Under the pieces are notes generated by a model. That model was not told the origin of the DNA, did not search any database, and was given only the letters and a program-made list of their open reading frames with translations. A DNA stretch of 64,000 nucleotides. Source: an uncultured Candidatus Rokubacteria bacterium. Lineage in GTDB: Bacteria > Methylomirabilota > Methylomirabilia > Rokubacteriales > DASRDR01. A program made the translations under genes and the position numbers. Shown piece after piece: positions 9,249-18,788 of the stretch. The stretch spans positions 320,001-384,000 of the forward strand of contig CAVPSB010000018.1 in assembly GCA_963708025.1 (NCBI GenBank). Direction: 5' to 3'. Position 1 is the stretch's first letter; each line of letters begins with the position of its first letter.

Positions 9249-9903
9249 CCACGCCGTTCTCCGGGCCGGACTCCGCGTCCTGATCGGAGCCCAGGCGGAC
9301 ATGGAGGTGGTCGCCGAGGCCGCCGACGGCGACGAAGCCCTGCGGAAGACCGTGGAGACCCGGCCCGACGTGGCGTTGGTGGACATCACGATGCCGGGCC
9401 GCGGGGGCATCCAGGCGATCGAGCGGATCCGCCAGGGGTGCCCGGCGACGCGGGTGCTCGTCCTCACCATGCACGACGTGCCGGCCTACCTCCGCTCGGC
9501 CCTGGCGGCCGGCGCGACCGGCTACGTCGTCAAGCGGGCCGCGGATTCGGAGCTCATCTCCGCGATCCGCGGCGTCCACCGGGGCCGCACGGTCCTGGAT
9601 CCCGCGCTGGCCGTGATGGTCGTGCAGGGCGCCATCGCCAAGCGGGTCGGCGGCGGCCAGCCGGTCGGATCGGCGAGCCTCCTGAGCCCGCGGGAGCGGG
9701 AGGTGCTCGACCTGATCGCCCAGGGGTACACGAACCAGCAGATCGCCGACCGACTGGGGCTGAGCATCAAGACCGTGGAGACGTACCGGTCGCGGCTCGT
9801 CGAGAAGCTCGGGCTCCACAGCCGGGCCGATCTCGTCCGGTACGCGGTCGACAGCGGCCTCTTCGGCTCCGGACAAGGTTCGCCCTCGGGCCCCTCCCAG
9901 TAA
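9217..9903 (+). CDS. NarL/FixJ-family response regulator
   Basis: IADDHAVLRAGL, PDVALVDITMP, LSPREREVL, IKTVETYRSRLVEKLGL. Confidence 0.95.
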   Translation: MGRIRVLIADDHAVLRAGLRVLIGAQADMEVVAEAADGDEALRKTVETRPDVALVDITMPGRGGIQAIERIRQGCPATRVLVLTMHDVPAYLRSALAAGATGYVVKRAADSELISAIRGVHRGRTVLDPALAVMVVQGAIAKRVGGGQPVGSASLLSPREREVLDLIAQGYTNQQIADRLGLSIKTVETYRSRLVEKLGLHSRADLVRYAVDSGLFGSGQGSPSGPSQ

Positions 9904-9911
9904 GCGTCCAC

Positions 9912-10039
9912 CGGGGTTTCCCCGACTCCTCAGGTCATTGTCCTGGCATACGGCTGCCCAGTAGCCGGCTAGGATGAGCGCGGGATGGACGCTGGGCCAC
10001 GCCGCGGCAGGCCGCGCCGCTGTGGGGAGTTTACCCGAC
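9912..10039. promoter_or_regulatory. Two related imperfect palindromes, possible regulator-binding sites
   Basis: cggggtttccccgac (9912-9926) and tggggagtttacccgac (10023-10039) in the intergenic region after the NarL-type regulator. Confidence 0.35.
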
Positions 10040-10126
10040 AACGTAGGCACGTTGCCCCGGCAGACTTCCGCCAGGCCGTCGCCCTAGGATGTCGTCGTAC
10101 AGAGGCGCGCCCCTATTGGAAAAAGC

Positions 10127-11007
10127 ATGAAGGTGACGAAGTTTCGCCGTAGTGGGAGCCAGGGGCTGGCGCCGACCCCGAACGAGGGGGGAGAGGCTGC
10201 CACCGCTCCCGAGGGGGTGACGGAAGGCTCACGGAAGGTGTACCCTCCGGTCTCTCTGGTCCTCCCGACCTACAACGAGACGAAGAACCTGCCTCGCTTG
10301 ATCCCGCGGCTCACGAGCACGCTCGAGCGCGTTGGGACGCCGTTCGAGATCATCGTGGTGGACGACGACAGTCCCGACGGGACCTGGGCCCTTGCCGGCG
10401 AAATGGCCCGGATGGACCCCCGGCTCCGCGTGATCCGGCGCCGGGGCGAGCGCGGCCTCGCGACCGCGGTGGTGGCGGGCTGGAAGGCGGCGCAGGGGGA
10501 GATCCTCGGCGTCATGGACGCCGACCTTCAGTATCCTCCGGAAGGTCTTCCGGACCTGCTGGAGGCGATCGTCGAGGATGCGGTCAACGTCGTGGTCGCC
10601 AGCCGATATGCGCCGGGCGCCCGCCGGGAAGGGTGGAGCCTTCGGCGCGAGATCGTGTCGCGGGGGGCCATCCTCTGGCGAAGCTCGCCGTGCCGCGAGC
10701 CCTGGGCCGGCTCCGGGACCCCAACTCCGGATACTTCCTGATCCGGCGACGCGTCATCGAGAACGTCGATCTCCGCCCCGTCGGCTTCAAGATCCTGATC
10801 GAAGTGCTCGCCCGTGGCCGCTGGCACCACGTGGTGGAGCTCCCGCAGGCGTACGAGGGTCGGCGCGAGGGGAAGAGCAAGCTGGGCTCCCGACAGACGG
10901 TCGAGTTCCTCTCCCACCTGGCCCGGCTCGCCTTGGACACGCGCGTGCTGAAGCGTGCCTGGCCCGGCCGGCTCGCCCGCCACCTCGGCCCCCTGGAACC
11001 CCGATGA
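10127..11007 (+). CDS. Polyprenol-phosphate-mannose synthase-like GT2 (frameshift near 10670)
   Basis: SLVLPTYNE, VVDDDSPDGT, VMDADLQYPP in 10127..10741; RDPNSGYF, GFKILIEVL, RREGKSKL in 10633..11007. Confidence 0.85.
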
Positions 11008-11067
11008 GACACCCTGTGTCAACCCTCTCGTTCCGGCGACCTCGTACCACGACGGGACTGCGGGGCG

Positions 11068-11110
11068 CCCCCCCTCCCCCCGGCGGGTGGGGAGGGGTCG
11101 GGGGTGGGGG
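11068..11110. repeat. REP-like CCCCTCCCC...GGGGAGGGG palindrome
   Basis: cccctcccccc ggcgggt ggggagggg tcgggggtggggg directly upstream of the 11120 start. Confidence 0.45.
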
Positions 11111-11119
11111 TGGACCCCA

Positions 11120-12175
11120 ATGAGCCCGCTCCGGCTCGGAATCATCGGGGCCGGCTCGATCGTCGCGAAGAAGCATCTCCTGGCCCTGGCGGAAGTGCCC
11201 GAGATCGCAGTGGTGGGTCTGTGTCGGCGTGATGGCGGAGAGCTCCGGGCCCTCGCCGATCGATTCCGCATCCCGGACCGCTACACGGACTACCGCGCCC
11301 TGCTGCGCGACCCCGACATCGACGCGGTGCTGATCGCCACCGGTCCCGCCGCCCAGCCCGAGATCGCGATGAACGCCGTGGTCGCCGGGAAGCACGTGTT
11401 CGCGGAGAAGCCGATGGCCGTGACGTCGGCCGAGGCGCGCGCGATGAGCGAGGCGATCCACCACTCGCCGGTGCACTTCCAGATCGGCTTCAACAAGCGG
11501 TTCTACTACGGCTACCGGACGGCATGGCAGCTGATCCGCGCCGGCGGGCTCGGCACGCCGACCGGGCTCCACGCCCGGTTCTGGTTCCAGCCCGGGCGCG
11601 CCGATCCCCTGCTGCACAACGGCCTCCACTTCCTCGATCTGGCCCGGTTCTTCATGGGCCCCGTCGACGAGGTGTTCGCTCGAACGGCGGAGGCGGCGAT
11701 CACGGCGTCGAGGGCCGAAACCTGGGCGGTGTCGCTCCGGTTCGCCAGCGGCGCGGTGGGGAACCTCCTCATCTCGTCCCTGGCGTCCTGGGACTACGTG
11801 AACGAGCACGTGGACCTCGTGGGGTCGAATCACAGCGCGGTCTCCGTGGAGAACGGCCGCGCGGTCCGGGTCTTCCGGCGGGGTGACGAGAACCGCGCCG
11901 AGCTCCGCGAGAACACCCTGTCCGCCCACTGGTGGTCCGGTAACGAGGAGCAGGGGTTCACCCCGCAGCTGCGGGTCTTCGCTCGGTCCGTCCTGCACGG
12001 ACGGCGCGCGGCCCTCGATGACGATCTCGGACCGCTGGCCGCGGGATCCGAGGATGGGGTCCGGGCGCTGGAGTTGCTGGAAGCGGTGCGAGAGTCGGCG
12101 GCGAAGGGCCAGCCGGTTTCCCTGCCCCCCGGCGGGGCCGAGCAGGACCGTTCGCTGGCGCCGGCTCTCCCTTAG
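11120..12175 (+). CDS. Gfo/Idh/MocA-family oxidoreductase
   Basis: LRLGIIGAGSI, DAVLIATGP, AGKHVFAEKPMA, GFNKRF, HNGLHFLDL. Confidence 0.9.
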   Translation: MSPLRLGIIGAGSIVAKKHLLALAEVPEIAVVGLCRRDGGELRALADRFRIPDRYTDYRALLRDPDIDAVLIATGPAAQPEIAMNAVVAGKHVFAEKPMAVTSAEARAMSEAIHHSPVHFQIGFNKRFYYGYRTAWQLIRAGGLGTPTGLHARFWFQPGRADPLLHNGLHFLDLARFFMGPVDEVFARTAEAAITASRAETWAVSLRFASGAVGNLLISSLASWDYVNEHVDLVGSNHSAVSVENGRAVRVFRRGDENRAELRENTLSAHWWSGNEEQGFTPQLRVFARSVLHGRRAALDDDLGPLAAGSEDGVRALELLEAVRESAAKGQPVSLPPGGAEQDRSLAPALP

Positions 12176-12203
12176 CCGGAGGCCGGACGAGGAGGGGCAC
12201 GTC

Positions 12204-13352
12204 TTGAGCATCACAGCAGGCCATCCAGCGGGGGGATGGGGGCGACGGCCCCTCAACGTGGCGATCGTCGGCTGCGGCGCCGTCGGCCAGCGGGAGGCCG
12301 CGGCCGTCGGCTCGATCCCCGATCTCCAGCTGGTCGCGATCTCGGACTTCGGGCCGGCCTTCCGGCACCTGGCCCTCCAGATGGGCGCCCAGTACGGCTG
12401 CGACACCGTGCACGACTGGCGACACCTGGTCGCCCGGAACGACATCGACATCGTCGTGGTGGCCACCCCGAACAGCTTTCACCGGGAGATGAGCATCGAG
12501 GCGATGAAGCAGGGGAAGCACGTCATCTGCGAGAAGCCCCTCGCCACGACCCCGGAAGACGCGGAGGAGATGGTCGCGGCGGCGAAGGCCACCGGCGCCA
12601 GGCTGATGACGAACTTCAACCATCGGGCCCACGATCACATGCGCCGGGCGAGACAGGTTCTCGACCAGGGCCTCGTCGGCCGTCCCATGTTCTTCCGGGG
12701 CCGGATCGGCCACAGCCGCTTCGTGCTGGGCCCCTCGCCCGGGAGCCCCGATCGCTTCCGGGGCCAGAGCATCTGGAACCTGGATGCCGCCCAGTCGGGT
12801 GGGGGCACCCTCATCGACAACGGCGTGCACGTGCTCGATCTGGCGCGCTGGTTCATGGGCGCGGAGTTCGTCGAGGCCCAGGGAAGCCTCACGCACACCC
12901 TCGACATCTGCGAGGAGGCGCCGGACGGGACCATCCGCGTCGGCCGGCCAAGCGAGTGCGAGGACAACGCCTTCGGGCTGTTCCGGACCGCCGATGGCCG
13001 CGTCGCCAGCGTCCACTCCTCCTGGACGCAGTGGCAGGGATACCTCTACCTGGAGATCTTCGGGACGCACGGCACCCTGGTCGTCGACAACGACCAGATC
13101 CAGGGCCAGGTGTCGTACCACGTGTTCGAGCGCCACGGCGAGCCCATCGCCACGACGACCGAGAGGCCAGCCCTGGCCAAGCCGGACCCCTCGTGGCGTC
13201 GCCACCTGCAGGAGCTGCTCGACGCCATCCGGGAGGAGCGGGACCCGGTGCCGAGCGGCCGCGACGGGCTGCGCGCGGCCCGGATGGTCGACGCCCTCTA
13301 CCGGTCGGCGGCCGCCGGCCGGGCCGAGCCGATCCCGGCGGATGCGCCCTAG
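12204..13352 (+). CDS. Gfo/Idh/MocA-family oxidoreductase
   Basis: VAIVGCGAVG, VATPNSFH, GKHVICEKPLA, GGGTLIDNGVHVLDL; TTG start after GAGGAGG. Confidence 0.9.
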   Translation: MSITAGHPAGGWGRRPLNVAIVGCGAVGQREAAAVGSIPDLQLVAISDFGPAFRHLALQMGAQYGCDTVHDWRHLVARNDIDIVVVATPNSFHREMSIEAMKQGKHVICEKPLATTPEDAEEMVAAAKATGARLMTNFNHRAHDHMRRARQVLDQGLVGRPMFFRGRIGHSRFVLGPSPGSPDRFRGQSIWNLDAAQSGGGTLIDNGVHVLDLARWFMGAEFVEAQGSLTHTLDICEEAPDGTIRVGRPSECEDNAFGLFRTADGRVASVHSSWTQWQGYLYLEIFGTHGTLVVDNDQIQGQVSYHVFERHGEPIATTTERPALAKPDPSWRRHLQELLDAIREERDPVPSGRDGLRAARMVDALYRSAAAGRAEPIPADAP

Positions 13353-13359
13353 CCCAGCC

Positions 13360-13580
13360 CTAGCCCGGATCATTCGCGAAGCGTGGTGACCGGCGAGGGG
13401 CGGGTGGCGCCGGGGGCCGCTCCCAGCGCGGAGCATCCCGTTTCTAGGGGCTCGCGGGTTGGCTTCACGTTGGGGACGAAACCGGCGGGCGGATGTAGGG
13501 CCGCAGATGCGAGCACTGGGAGCGGCCCCCGGCGACAGGACCCGCCCCGCCACGACGGCTTCATGAATGGATCGGGCTAG
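13360..13580. mobile_element. MITE-like element, long imperfect inverted repeats bounded by CTAG
   Basis: Left arm ctagcccg..attc..gaagc..ggggcgggt..cgccgggggccgctcccag..gcatc pairs with right arm gatgc..ctgggagcggcccccggcg..acccgcccc..gcttc..gaat..cgggctag. Confidence 0.7.
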
Positions 13581-15253
13581 CGCGCGGCACGTCGCTCCCG
13601 CCCAGGCGCCCGGAGCGTCCCCGGTCGGGCCACCGGTCGACGCGGCCTCGAGCCGGGACGACGTGGTCACCGGCGCCCGGCCGGCGCCGACGACCGAGAG
13701 GCCGGGACCCGGCCCTCGCCGGGAGTGGGCGTGGCTCGCCGTCATCCTGCTGGGGGCGCTGGCCCTGCGGGTCTACGGGCTCCGGTGGGGCCTGCCGGGG
13801 CGGATCGACCTGAACCCGGACGAGAGCACGGTGCTGGGGATCGTGGGCCGGATGAGCTGGCAGCACCTGGATCCGGGCGCGTACTTCTACGGCGGGTTCT
13901 TCTACGAGGTCTGCGTGCTGGTCCGGAGCATCCTGCGGGCCCTCCGGCCGGGCATCGGGGAGCCGAGCCTCGTCCTCGCCTACCGGGGCGTCAGCGCGCT
14001 GTTCGGCACCGCGACGGTGGCCGTGCTCTACCTGCTGCTGCGGCGGGTCGCCCCGCCGGGGCCGGCGCCGCTGCTCGGCGCCGCGTTCCTCGCGGTCATG
14101 CCGCTCCATGTCTGGGACAGTCACTTCGCGGTCACCGACGTCACGCTGACGTTCTGGATGACGGCGAGCGTCACCGCCGCCGTCTGGGCGTACCAGCGCC
14201 CGGGCTGGCTTCCGTTCGCTCTCGCGTCGGCGCTGGCCGGGTTGGCCACCGGCACGAAGTTCAACGGCGCCTTCGCCACCGTCGCCATCGCGCTGGCGGC
14301 GCTGGCGGCCCTGTGGGAGCGGCGCGTCCGCGTCGGGCAGGTTCTCGCCTGGGGCGCCCTCGGCGTGGCGGCGGCGCTGCTGGCGCTGTTCGTCGCGTCG
14401 CCGCACATGTTCCTCAAGGGGGCGGACACCTGGCGGGCCTTCCAGCACGAGATGGAGCGCGTCCACGACCTCGATTACGGCTTCAACCTGTACGTGCCCG
14501 GCTGGCAGTACAGGCCCTACGTCTACCAGTTCGGCGCCGCCTTCCCGTTCAGCTTCGGCGTGGCGCTCTACGCGGCGCTGCTCGGCGGCCTGATCTACTG
14601 CGCGGTCCGGTGGCGTCGGGTCCTGATCGTGCCGTTCGGGTACGCGGCGTTCTACCTGGGCGTCATGGGGAGCTGGGAGTTCGTCCCGATCCGCTACTAC
14701 CTGCCGTTCGAGCCCGTGCTCCTGATGGCGCCCGCGCTCGCGCTGGCGGCGGGCCTGACGGCGCCGGCCCCCCGGCTCCGGCGGTGGACGGGCGCGGCGC
14801 TGGTCCTGGTGCTCGCCTACACGGTGGCCTTCACGGTCTCCACCACCGCCCGGTTCACCGACGACACGCGGCTCCAGGCCCAGCGATGGCTCCAGCAGCG
14901 GGTGCGCGGAGGGACACGACGTTCTCACGGTGGGCGCCGAATGGTACCTGCCGGCGCCGAACGGGCCCCGGGTGACGAACCTCCTCCATGTACGGCGCGA
15001 TGCCGGGCGTACGTCGCCGAGCGTCGACCCGACTACGTGGTGCTGACCAGCCTGCACTACGCCCGCTCCTACCGGCAGCAGGACGACAACGTCGCCATGT
15101 GGGATACGGTCCGCAAGGGCGTGCTCCCGTACCGCCTCGCCGAGCGCTTCCGGGCGGAGTACCTGAACTGGCACTTCTACACGGAGGCTGGACCCGATGT
15201 ACGAGGGGTACTTCATCTCGCCGACGATCGAGGTCTATCGGCGCCTCGACTGA
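13567..15253 (+). CDS. ArnT/PMT-like GT-C membrane glycosyltransferase (frameshifts at ~14905-15185)
   Basis: ALRVYGLRWGLP, NPDE first-loop acidic motif, HVWDSHFAVTD, GLATGTKFNG, IRYYLP; C-terminus PMYEGYFISPTIEVYRRLD* in another frame. The listed ATG lies inside the MITE arm, so the start may be further downstream. Confidence 0.8.
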
Positions 15254-15259
15254 AGATCG

Positions 15260-15340
15260 TCGGGGGTCTCGCAAGCCCCCCGATTCCCCCCCTCGGAGGC
15301 CGCGGCCGTTGGACGGCCTTCGGCCTTTGGGCCGTGGCTC
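15260..15340 (-). repeat. Palindromic repeat containing the ccaaaggccGAAggccgtc module (15312-15330)
   Basis: gacggccttcggcctttgg is the reverse complement of the module. Confidence 0.8.
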
Positions 15341-15423
15341 GAAGCGGTCCGCCACGACCGCGTGGCCAGAGCCAGGCGGTTGCGAGGAGCCGCCGGGCGG
15401 CGAGAATGAGAGCCGCCCTCATG

Positions 15424-16005
15424 ACCCGCTCCGCTACCTGGTGGTCCGCAAGGCCGGCCCGGCGCTAACCGAGGAGATGCGGCCGGCATGGCGCGCGGTC
15501 CCGGAGAGCCCGACCGCCGCTCCTGCGCTTCCCGGGGACGCGCCTCGGCCATCGAGCTCGACGGAGTCAACCTCTCGCCCGACCGTCGGGGGTACAATCT
15601 GGTGGCGCTCGATCCGGCCGGGAGGCTCCTCCGGGCGTCGGCCCTCGACACGTTCCGGGCGTCGAGGTCGGCGCGGCGGCTCGCGGCGTGGGTCGCGGCG
15701 CTGCCGGCGGGGACGATCGTCGCGGGCGCGGTGCGGGACGAGGCGTCGGGCCAGCTGGCCGAGGAGGCGGTGCAGGCGCTGCGCACGCTGGGCGTGGCGG
15801 GTGACCTGCGCAGCCGGTTCCGCGAGGCCCACGCCTGCGTGGGCGTGAAGGGTGCCACGCCCGGCTCGGCGCTGGAAGCGCTGGGCTCGCGCCGGTCGAG
15901 CTGGCGTCGGAGAGCGCTCGCCGGCAGGGGAAGGGGCCCCGAGCCGGCGTGGGTCTGGAGCTGAGGGAGTTTGCGCTCGAAGCAGCGGCTGGGGTTCGTC
16001 CATGA
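15424..16005 (+). pseudogene. Deleted relic of a GT-C/ILEI paralog
   Basis: PLRYLVVR...PPLLRF joined to AIELDGVNLSPDRRGYNLVALD...AVRDEASG...GLELREFALE; no TM region, internal deletion and frameshifts. Confidence 0.75.
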
Positions 16006-16062
16006 GGCGGGCGATCGGGGCCACCCGGACCCGACGCGCCCGGCTCGGTGCCGCCCGGGGTC

Positions 16063-18768
16063 ATGAGGCTCCGCGGGCACCTGGCGGTCTTTCTCCTCTT
16101 CGTCGGCCTCGTCGCCGTCTACACCTGGCCGCTCGCCCGGGACCCGGGCCACCTGCTCCCCGGCTTCGTGGACCCCCGGGTCTTCGCCTGGACCCTGATC
16201 ACCGTCTTCCGCAACCTCGTGTCCGACCCGGCGCTGCTCTTCCACGGCAACGCCTTCTATCCCCTCGGCAACAGCCTGGCCCTCGGGGAGGTGCTGCTCG
16301 TCCCCGCCCTCCTCGCCGGCGCCGTCTTCTCGCTGAGCGGGAACCCGGTGCTGGCTTACAACCTGACGCTGATCCCGTTCTGGGCCCTCTCCGGCTGGGC
16401 CATGTACGCGGTCACCTTCCGGTTGACCCGTCGGCACCCGGCGGCCTTCCTGGCGGCGGTCATCTTCACCTTCGCGCCCTACCGGATGGACCACTACGGC
16501 GAGTTCCAGATGGAGATGGCCTTCGGGATCCCCCTGGCCGTCTACCTGCTCGTCCGGTTCCTGGAGGACCAGCGCCCGCGCCACCTCGTCGCCTTGCTGG
16601 CCGTCTTCTGGCTCCAGGCGGTGTCCGTCTGGTACTACGCGATCATCCTGAGCCTCGGGCTCCTGGCGATCGCGGTCCAGTACGCGGCCCTCCGGTGGGC
16701 CGGCTGGCGCCCGCGGGCCCTGGCCCTGGTCGCGGTCGGCGCCGTCGCCCTGGCCATCGCGCTCGCCCCGGTCGCCCTCCCGTACTTCCAGACGCGCCGG
16801 GAGCTCGGGTACACCCGCGGCCTCGCGGACGCGGTCGGCCGCTCGGCCGACGTGCTCACGTACGTGGAGGCCCGGGCCAACTGGCTCTACCGGGCCTTCA
16901 CGGTGGCGCGCCACTCGGAGTCGTCGCTCTTCCTCGGCATCGGGGGCCTCGCGCTGGCCGCGTCCGGCCTCGCCTGGCTCGGCCCGCCGGCCGCTTCCCG
17001 GAGCCGCGCCGAGCGAGCGCTCGTCCCCGCGATCGGCGCGTGCCTGGTCCTGGCTCTCGTCACGCTCCTGCTCCGGGGTCGCCTCCGGTTCGGTCCGGTG
17101 CCGGTCGCGCTCTCGTTCACCGCCGTCGGCGCCGTCCTGCTCGGAGCCACACTGGCGCGCCATCTCGCCGAGGGGTGGCGCCGCTGGCGCGCGGGCGTGC
17201 GCGACCGGGGGCTGTCGGAGCGCGACTGGGTGGTGATCCTCCTGGGGCTGGCCGCCTTCGCGTTCCTGCTCTCGCTCGGCCCGATCGTCGAGCTCGCGGG
17301 GCAGCCGCTGGGCTGGGGACTCTACGCCTGGCTCTGGCCGTACCTGTTTCCGCTGCAGGCCATCCGCGGCCCCACGCGGATCGGCGTCCTCTATCTCTTC
17401 GCGGGGGCCCTGCTGGCCGGCTTCGGGGTGAAGTGGCTCGGCGACCACTGGAGCCCGTGGAAGCGGGTCACGCTCGTCGGCGGCCTCGGGCTGCTCACGC
17501 TGGCCGAGTACGCGTGGATGCCCCTGCCGTACCAGTCGATCCCGTCCGTCGCCCGTCCGGTGGACGAGGTCTTGCGGCGCGAGGCGGCGCTGTCGGTGGT
17601 GCTCGAGTTCCCCACCAACGTCCAGGACTCCGACGGCGACGCGATGCTCCGCTCGCTCGCGCACGGCAAGCGGATCGTCAACGGGTTCTCCGGGTTCGTG
17701 CCGGACTCGATCGGGCAGATCTCGGGACTCCTCTCGACCCGCGGCTCGCCGTTCCCCGTGCCGGAGGCGCAGGCCGCCCTCCGCCAGATCTACCCGCTCC
17801 GCTACCTGGTGGTCCGGCTGGGCGATCCGATGCTGGACCGCGCGTGGCGGCTGGTGTGGAAGGGGGTCAGGGAGACGGCGCCGCCCCTCCTCCGCTTCCG
17901 GGGCAGCTTCGGGAATGACGACCTCTACGAGATCCTGCCCGTGCCCGAGCGCGGGATGAGCCTGGAGCGCTGGGTGTCCTACGACGTCCTCCGCGCCCAC
18001 CCGGTCCTGCGACTGGCGGTCCGGCCGCTGAGCGTGCGGAACGACCTCGAGCAGTGGGCGGAGGTCCGGCTCAACGGGCGACCGGTGGAGCGGCTCCGGC
18101 TGGACGTGGCGGCGCCGCCCGCCGCCCGCCTGGCCCTGTCTCCGCCCTTTCTCGTCGCCGCCCCGAACGTGATCGGGATCGACTATCGGTACACACGGCC
18201 CCCGGGCGCCCGGGACGAGCGCTACCGGATCGGGACGACCGGCCGGATGAGCCCGGGGGATCTGCGGGTGCTGAGCGCGGGCCAGCCGCAGGAGAGCGCC
18301 GGCTCGGTCGAGCTGAACGGGATCGAGCGATCGCCGGACCGGCGGGGCTACAACCTGGTGGCGCTGGACGAGCAGGGTCAGGTGCGCGAAGCGGTGACCT
18401 TCGACACGTTCTTCGAGGCCGACGCCGCCGACCGGCTCGCAGCGTGGGTCGCGGGGCTCCCCGCCGGGACCATCGTCGCGGGCGCCGTCCGCGACGAGGG
18501 CTCGGGGCGGCTGACGGAGGCGGCGGTGCGGGCGCTGGGGACGCTGGGGGTGCGGGGGGACCTGCGGGGGCGGTTCCGGGAGGCGCACGCGTTCGTGGGG
18601 GTGAAGGGGGCGGCGCCGGGGACGGCGCTGGAGGGGCTGGGGCCGCGGCGGATCGAGCTGGCGGTGGGGCGGATCGAGCTGGGGGGAGGGCGGCCGGCGC
18701 CGGCGGTCGGGCTGGAGCTGACGGAGTTCACGCTGGAGCCGGCGGCCGGGGCGGACGGCGCGCGATGA
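16063..18768 (+). CDS. GT-C-like (YfhO-related) polytopic membrane protein with C-terminal ILEI/FAM3-like domain, copy A
   Basis: YTWPLARDP..DPR, HGNAFYP, many TMs, RIVNGFSGF; C-terminal RGYNLVALD, FDTF, TIVAGAVRDE, FREAHAFVGVKG. Confidence 0.75.
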   Translation: MRLRGHLAVFLLFVGLVAVYTWPLARDPGHLLPGFVDPRVFAWTLITVFRNLVSDPALLFHGNAFYPLGNSLALGEVLLVPALLAGAVFSLSGNPVLAYNLTLIPFWALSGWAMYAVTFRLTRRHPAAFLAAVIFTFAPYRMDHYGEFQMEMAFGIPLAVYLLVRFLEDQRPRHLVALLAVFWLQAVSVWYYAIILSLGLLAIAVQYAALRWAGWRPRALALVAVGAVALAIALAPVALPYFQTRRELGYTRGLADAVGRSADVLTYVEARANWLYRAFTVARHSESSLFLGIGGLALAASGLAWLGPPAASRSRAERALVPAIGACLVLALVTLLLRGRLRFGPVPVALSFTAVGAVLLGATLARHLAEGWRRWRAGVRDRGLSERDWVVILLGLAAFAFLLSLGPIVELAGQPLGWGLYAWLWPYLFPLQAIRGPTRIGVLYLFAGALLAGFGVKWLGDHWSPWKRVTLVGGLGLLTLAEYAWMPLPYQSIPSVARPVDEVLRREAALSVVLEFPTNVQDSDGDAMLRSLAHGKRIVNGFSGFVPDSIGQISGLLSTRGSPFPVPEAQAALRQIYPLRYLVVRLGDPMLDRAWRLVWKGVRETAPPLLRFRGSFGNDDLYEILPVPERGMSLERWVSYDVLRAHPVLRLAVRPLSVRNDLEQWAEVRLNGRPVERLRLDVAAPPAARLALSPPFLVAAPNVIGIDYRYTRPPGARDERYRIGTTGRMSPGDLRVLSAGQPQESAGSVELNGIERSPDRRGYNLVALDEQGQVREAVTFDTFFEADAADRLAAWVAGLPAGTIVAGAVRDEGSGRLTEAAVRALGTLGVRGDLRGRFREAHAFVGVKGAAPGTALEGLGPRRIELAVGRIELGGGRPAPAVGLELTEFTLEPAAGADGAR

Positions 18769-18788
18769 GGGCGCGCGGCCACCTGGCG
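18502..18788 (+). repeat. Near-identical direct repeat, copy 1 (gene tail plus next start)
   Basis: Matches 21204-21490 at offset 2702. Confidence 0.9.

Noticed and set aside
10150-10220. Possible degenerate G-run repeat in the GT2 N-terminal extension
   Set aside because: Only gccgacccc...gggggg matches, which is too weak at this GC content
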